In this document: positions 56,084-64,000 of the stretch, in pieces
Position numbering within the stretch: the stretch's first letter is position 1
Layout: each line of letters starts with the position of its first letter
Assembly: GCF_009914755.1 (NCBI RefSeq)
Contig: NC_060929.1
Reading direction: 5' to 3' (one strand)
Length of the DNA stretch: 64,000 bases
Source: the human T2T-CHM13v2.0 reference genome, Homo sapiens
Position numbers and translations under genes: made by a program
The notes under the pieces: generated by a model
What the model saw: only the letters and a program-made list of their open reading frames with translations
Told to the model about the DNA's origin: nothing
Database searches by the model: none

Positions 56084-59000
56084 ATGACAGGATCAAATTC
56101 ACACATAACAATATTAACCTTAAATGTAAATGGGTAAAATGTCCCAATTAAAAGGCACAGACCAGCAAATTGGATAAAGGCTCAAGACTCATTGGTATGC
56201 TGTAATCGGGAGACCTATCTCACGTGCAAAGACACACACAGGCTCAAAATAAAGGGACAGAGGAATATTTAGCAAGCAAATGGAAAGCAAAAAAAAAAAA
56301 AAAAAAAGCAGGGTATGCAATCCTAGTCTCTGATAAAACAGACTTTAAATGAACAAATATCAACAAAGAAAAAAAGGGCATTACATAATGGTGAAGGGAT
56401 CAATTCAATGAGAAGAGCTAACTATCCTAAATATATATGCACCCAATACAGGAGCACCCAGATTAATAAAGCAAGTTCTTAGAGACCTACAAAGAGACTT
56501 AGACTCCCATATAATAATAGTGGAAAACTTTAACACCCCACTGTCAATATTAGACAGATCAATGTGACAGAAAATTAACAAGGATATTCAGGACTTGAAC
56601 TCAGCTCTGGACCAAGTGGACCTAAGAGAAATCTACAGAACTCTCCACCCCAAATCAACAGAATATACATTCCTTTCAGCACCACATAGCACCTGTTCTA
56701 AAATCAACCACATAATTGGAAGTAAAACACTCCTCAGTAAACACAAAAGAGCAGAAATCATAACAGTCTCTCAGACCATGGTGAAATCAAATTAGGATTA
56801 ATAAAGTCACTCAAAACCACACAACTACATGGAAACTGAACAACCTGCTCCTGAATGACTACTGGGTAAAAAAGAAATTAAGGCAGAAATAAATAAGTTC
56901 TTTGAAACCAATGAGAACAAAGACACAATGTAGCAGAATCTCTGGGACACAGCTAAAGCAGTGTTTAGAGGGAAATTTATAGCACTAAATGCCCATAGGT
57001 GAAAGCTGGAAAGATCTAATATTGACACCCTAACATCACAATTAAAAGAACTAGAGAAGCAAGAGCAAACAATTTCAAAAGCTAACAGAAGATGAGAAAT
57101 AACTAAGATCAAAGCAGAACTGAAGGAGATAGGGACAGGAAAAATTCTTCAAAAATCAATGAATCCAGGAGCTGATTTTTTGAAAAGATTAACAAAATGG
57201 ACCGCTAGCCAGACTAATAAAGAATAAATGAGAGAAGAATCAAATAAACACAATAAAAATGATAAAGGGGAGATCACCACTTATCCCACAGAAATACAAA
57301 CTACCATCAGAGAATACTATAAACACCTATACACAAATGAACTAGAAAGTCTAGAACAAATGGATAAATTCCTAGACACATACATCCTCCCGAGACTAAA
57401 CCAGGAAGAAGGAGAATCCCTGAATAGACCAATAACAACTTCTGAAATTGAAGCAGTAATGGCCTTCCAACCAAAAAAAGCCCAGGACCAGACGGATTCA
57501 CAGCCAAGTTCTACCAGAGCTACAAAGAGGAGTTGGTACCATTCCTTCTGAAAATATTCCAAACAATGGAAAAAGAGGGAATCCTCCCTAACTCATTTTA
57601 TGAGGCCAGCATCATCCCGATAACAAAACGTGGCAGACACACAACAAAAAAAGAAACTTTCAGGCCAATATCCCTGATGAACATTAATGCGAAAACCCTG
57701 AATAAAATACTGGCAAACCGAAGCCAGCAGCACATTAAAAAGTTTACCCACCATGAACAAGTCGGCTTCATCCCTGGGATACAAGGCTGGGTAAACATAC
57801 ACAAATCAATAAATGAAATCCATCACATAAACAGAACCAATGACAAAAACTACCGATTATCTCAATAGACACAGAAAAGGCCTTTGATAAAATTCAACAG
57901 CACTTTATGCTAAAAACTCTCAATAAACTAGGTATTGATGGAACATATCTCAAAATAATAAGAGCTGTTTATGAAAAACCCAAAGCCAATATCATACTGA
58001 ATTGTCAAAAGCTGGAAGCATTCCCTTTAAAAGTGGCACAAGACAAGGATGCCATCTCTCACAACTCCTATTCAACATAGTACTGGAAGTCCTGGCCAGG
58101 ACAATCAGGCAAGAGAAAGAAATAAAGCGTATTCAAATAGAAAGAGAGGAAGTCAAATTATCTCTGTTTGCAGATGACATGATTGTATACTTAGAAAATC
58201 CCATCATCTCAGCCCAAAAAATCCTTAAGCTGTTAAGCAACTTAGGAAAGTCTCAGGATACAAAATCAATCTGCAAAAATTACAAGCATTCCTATACACC
58301 AATAATAGACAAGCAGATAGCCAAATAATGAGCAAACTCCCATTCACAACTGCTACAAAGACAATAAAATACCTAGGAATACAACTTACAAGGGATGTGA
58401 AGGACCTCTTCAAGAAGAACTACAAACCACTGCTCAAGGAAATAAGAGAGGACACAAACAAATGGAAAAACATTCCATGCTCTTGGTTAGGAAGAATAAT
58501 ATCATGAAAATGGCCATACTCCCCAAAGTAATTTATAGATTCAATGCTATTCCCATCAAGCTACCATTGACTCTCTTCGCAGAATTAGAAAAAACTACTT
58601 TAAATTTCATATGGAACCAAAAATGAGACCATATAGCCAAGAAAATCCAAAGCAACAAGAACAAAGCGGGAGGCATCACACTACCTGACTTCAAACTATA
58701 ATGTAAAGCTACAGTAACAAAAACAGCATGGTACTGGTACCAAAACAGATATATAGACCAGTGGAAAAGAACAGAGGCCTCAGAAATAACACCACACATC
58801 TACAACCATCTGATCTTTGACCAACCTGACAAAAACAAGCAATGGGGAAAGGATTTCCTATTTAATAAATGGTGTTGGGAAAACTGGCTAAACATACACA
58901 GAAAATGGAAACTAGACCCCTTCCTTACACCTTATACAAAAATTAACTCAAGATGGATTAAAGGTTTAAACATAAAACCTAAAACCATGAAGACCCTACA

Positions 59001-59976
59001 AGAAAACCTAAGCAATACTATTCAGGACATAGGCGTAAGAAAAGACTTCATGACTAAAACACCAAAAGCAATGGCAACAAAAGCCAAAATTGACAAATGG
59101 GATCTCATTAGACTAAAGAGCTTCTGCAGAGCAAAAGAAACTATTATCAGAGTGAATAGGCAACCTACAGGATGGGAGAAAATTTTTGCAATCTATCCAT
59201 CTGACAAAGGGCTAATATCCAGAATCTCCAAGGAACTTAAACAAGTTTACAAGAAAAAAACAAACAACCACGTCAAAAAGTGGGCAAAGGCTATGAACAG
59301 ACACTTTTCAAAAGAAGACATTTATGCAGCCAACAAGCATATGAAAAAAAGCTCACCATCACTGGTCATTAGAGAAATGCAAATCAAAACCACAATGAGA
59401 TACCATCTCATGCCTGTCAGAATGACGATCATTAAAAAGTCAGGAAAAAACAGATGCTGGAGAGGATGTGGAGAAATAGGAACACTTTTACACTGTTGGT
59501 GGGACTTTAAACTAGTTCAACCATCGCGGAAGGCAGTGTGGCGATTCATCAAGGATCTAGAACTAGAAATATCATTTGACCCAGCAATCCCATTACTGGG
59601 TATATACCCAAAGGATTATAAATCATTCTACTATAAAGACACATGCACACATATGTTTATTGCAGCACTAATCACAACAGCAAAGACTCAGAACCAACCC
59701 AAATGCCCATCAATGTTAGACTGGATAAAGAAAATGTGGCAAATATACACCATGAAACACTATGCAGCCATAAAAAAGAATGAGTTCACGTCTTTTGCAG
59801 GGACATGGATGAAGCTGGAAACCATCATTCTCAGCAAACTAACACAGGAACAGAAAAACAAACACTGCATGTTCTCACTCATAACTGGGAGTGGAACAAT
59901 GAGAACACATAGGCACAGAGAGGGGAACATCACACACCGGGTCCTGTTGGGAGGTTGGGGGAAAGAAGAGGGATAG
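56084..59976 (+). pseudogene. L1 ORF2p (EN-RT-Cys), multiply disrupted
   Basis: Starts atgacaggatcaaattcacac; [15 protein letters not shown] in 58002-58328; 329-aa C-terminal fragment with zinc knuckle [18 protein letters not shown] (last Cys changed to Phe). Confidence 0.92.
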
Positions 59977-60127
59977 CATTAGGAGAAATACCTAATGTAG
60001 ATGACAGGTTGATGGGTGCAGCAAACCAACATGGCACATGCATACCTATGTAACAAACCTGCACGTTCTGCACATGTATCCCAGAACTTAAAGTATAATC
60101 TTAAAAAAAAAAGAAAAATGACTTAAC

Positions 60128-60670
60128 AATTATGTTTATTTTCCTCATGAAACTGCAGTCTTATCAGGACTTTGTGGGAACTCGAGGCTGGCTCAAAGGC
60201 TGAGATATTGAATTATCTGGAGGCTTACTCACTCATCTCTAGTGCCTGGACTGAAACTTGAACAGCTGGGGGCTGATCTCGAATTATCCAGAGGCTTACT
60301 CACTCATGTCTAGTGCCTGGGCTGAAAGTTGAACAGCTCGCGGCTGTAACAGCTGAGGCTTTTTGGTCTGTACAGTGGCTTCAAGGAGTCCATACTTCCT
60401 ACATGGTAATTCTGGCTTCTTTGTCATGTGTCCTGAGGGAAAAACAGAAGCCATATGCCCTTTTATGAACTAGCCTCCAAAGTCACACTGCATTACTTTT
60501 GTCATGTTCTCTTAGTAGAGGCAGTTGCTACACTGAATGGCCTAGGTTCAAGGGATGGGGACATAGAACCCACCTCCCAGTGGAAAAGAATCACTGTCAC
60601 ATTGTAAGAAAAGCATGTGGAATGGGATATGTACTTGGAGAACTATGTTTGGAAAATAAAATCTACCACA
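60128..60670 (-). mobile_element. MLT1G-like LTR, main piece
   Basis: ggaggcttactcactcat..tgcctgggctg..gaacagctgggggctg; ends tttggaaaataaaatctaccaca. Confidence 0.8.
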
Positions 60671-61387
60671 CCATACTAACTGGTTATTACAAGAAATCTA
60701 AATTTACCATATTAATATTTGCTCATATTTTGGAGAGAGCATATGATAATATAGAAATAACAAAGGTATCAATTGGGCAGAAAAGAGCAAACAAAATATT
60801 AGATACTTTTAACTGACTTTTGACGATGTCAACAAAATAATTCCTGCTTCTCTCTGGAATATTCCACTCTATGGCTAATACGCTACACAACTCACTTGGC
60901 ACTAGTTTCTAAAATTACTTGATGAGAGAACAAGTATTTAGTTATTCCCCAGTTTCACATTACATTTTTAATTTAATTTAGGTCACTAAACTGTTACTTT
61001 TGGAACAGAATTTTCTTTTACTAACTATGGAAACCCAGCTAATCTTTAGCAAAGAGTAAAGGATAGCTATAATATTTGAGGGAACTCTTAGCACTGCCCA
61101 CACACCCCAAAACAAAGTATAGAAGGAATCAATAAATAGAAAGTCATCTTCACTTGCCAGCCAGAATTCTGCTTTTCTGAATATGTGCTTCATCCACAAT
61201 ATAGAGTAGTAATTTGGAATCAATAGGAGAATGAAGATAGGTTCATAGATAAATAGATAGGTAGATGATTGATAGATAAAGTGATGCTATGATTCTAAGT
61301 TTTCACTCCTCCATATTAATCTTATAAAAACTGAAGATATATTTAAACAAAAATTATTTTTACTACAATAAGTATTATTTAACCCTC

Positions 61388-61815
61388 TGCATTAGTTAGG
61401 ATATGAAAGACTATATTATTATAATAATCTCAAATTTTCAGTGGCTTAATACAACACATGTTGATTTATCTGTTATGCTAAGACAGCTGAAAACCCAGGT
61501 GACTCTCACCACAGCTACCCTCCATTCAGGGACCTAGTAACAGGATGCTTTGATCTAGTAGCTTGCCATCTCAACACAAGGCCTCCTCTATCCCACAGGA
61601 AGAAGAAAGAGTCTGGAGAATCCAGAAGGACCATTCTATGCCTCAGACTAGGAATGACATGCATGACTTTTACTCACATTTCACTGGATAGAATTAGAAA
61701 TTAGCATTTCCTATCTGCAAGGTGAATGAGAAGTATGTAGTCTTTCCTCAAGAGGAAAAGGAAAACCAGATGCCCATGAATCATAGGGCATTCATAGGGC
61801 AAATCTCCCATCACA
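61388..61815 (-). mobile_element. Old MLT1 (MLT1K/L-like) LTR
   Basis: tgcattagttaggat...ttcagtggcttaatacaaca..gttgattt...ctcacatttcactgg...ccatcaca. Confidence 0.7.
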
Positions 61816-62006
61816 AATTATTTCAGTTTCTACTCCAGCTGGAAGAGGAAACACCTAGAGGAATTCATGGATATCCTCCTCAGATACCCACATTTAGGAA
61901 ATCTAATTGCCTGAATCTTTCTAATATCTACCCTCCCTACACTGAGTGCTTCAGAAGTCTCCTTTACACACACCAAAAAACAAAAGGGTGAATGGGTTAT
62001 TAGAAG

Positions 62007-64000
<1,994 letters not shown>

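Larger units (their letters stand above)
53607..60114 (+). mobile_element. Full-length L1PA7-like LINE-1 (6.5 kb), retrotransposition-dead
   Basis: 5'UTR begins caagatggctgaataggaacagctcc (YY1 motif ~53621); ORF1 54998-56023; ORF2 from 56084; 3' end ctgcacatgtatcccagaacttaaagtataat plus A tail; TSD AAAATG(T/A)CTTAAC at 53594-53606 and 60115-60127. Confidence 0.96.

Noticed and set aside
58987-59976. 329-aa ORF, the longest in the window, as a functional gene
   Set aside because: It is the C-terminal remnant of L1 ORF2p, with a broken zinc knuckle and a frameshift into the 3'UTR; upstream ORF2 is disrupted.

Overview
Primate (almost certainly human) AT-rich, repeat-dense non-coding DNA. I find no host protein-coding gene. 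The substantial ORFs in the track are decayed L1 ORF1/ORF2 or ERVL gag/pol fragments; the rest look like chance ORFs. The one recognisable gene is a minus-strand microRNA hairpin at 39064-39163. Its 3p arm (ACUGACAGGAGAGCAUUUUGA) matches my recollection of hsa-miR-3660 (human 5q14.3, from memory and unverified). The remainder is layered transposon history: a full-length L1PA7-like element, a near-full-length L1PB, several truncated L1s, five Alus, a 4 kb ERVL internal fossil, MaLR and MLT2 solo LTRs, a Charlie1 hAT transposon, a collapsed MADE1, and MIR/L2 relics. Many still have readable target-site duplications (TSDs). The most interesting hypothesis is that the L1PA7 5'UTR keeps an open, strong-Kozak, 72-aa antisense ORF0-like frame and points its antisense promoter toward the minus-strand miRNA about 15 kb away. 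I see no convincing evidence of a wholly new biological system. Subfamily names are by eye, and the boundaries of old repeats are approximate.
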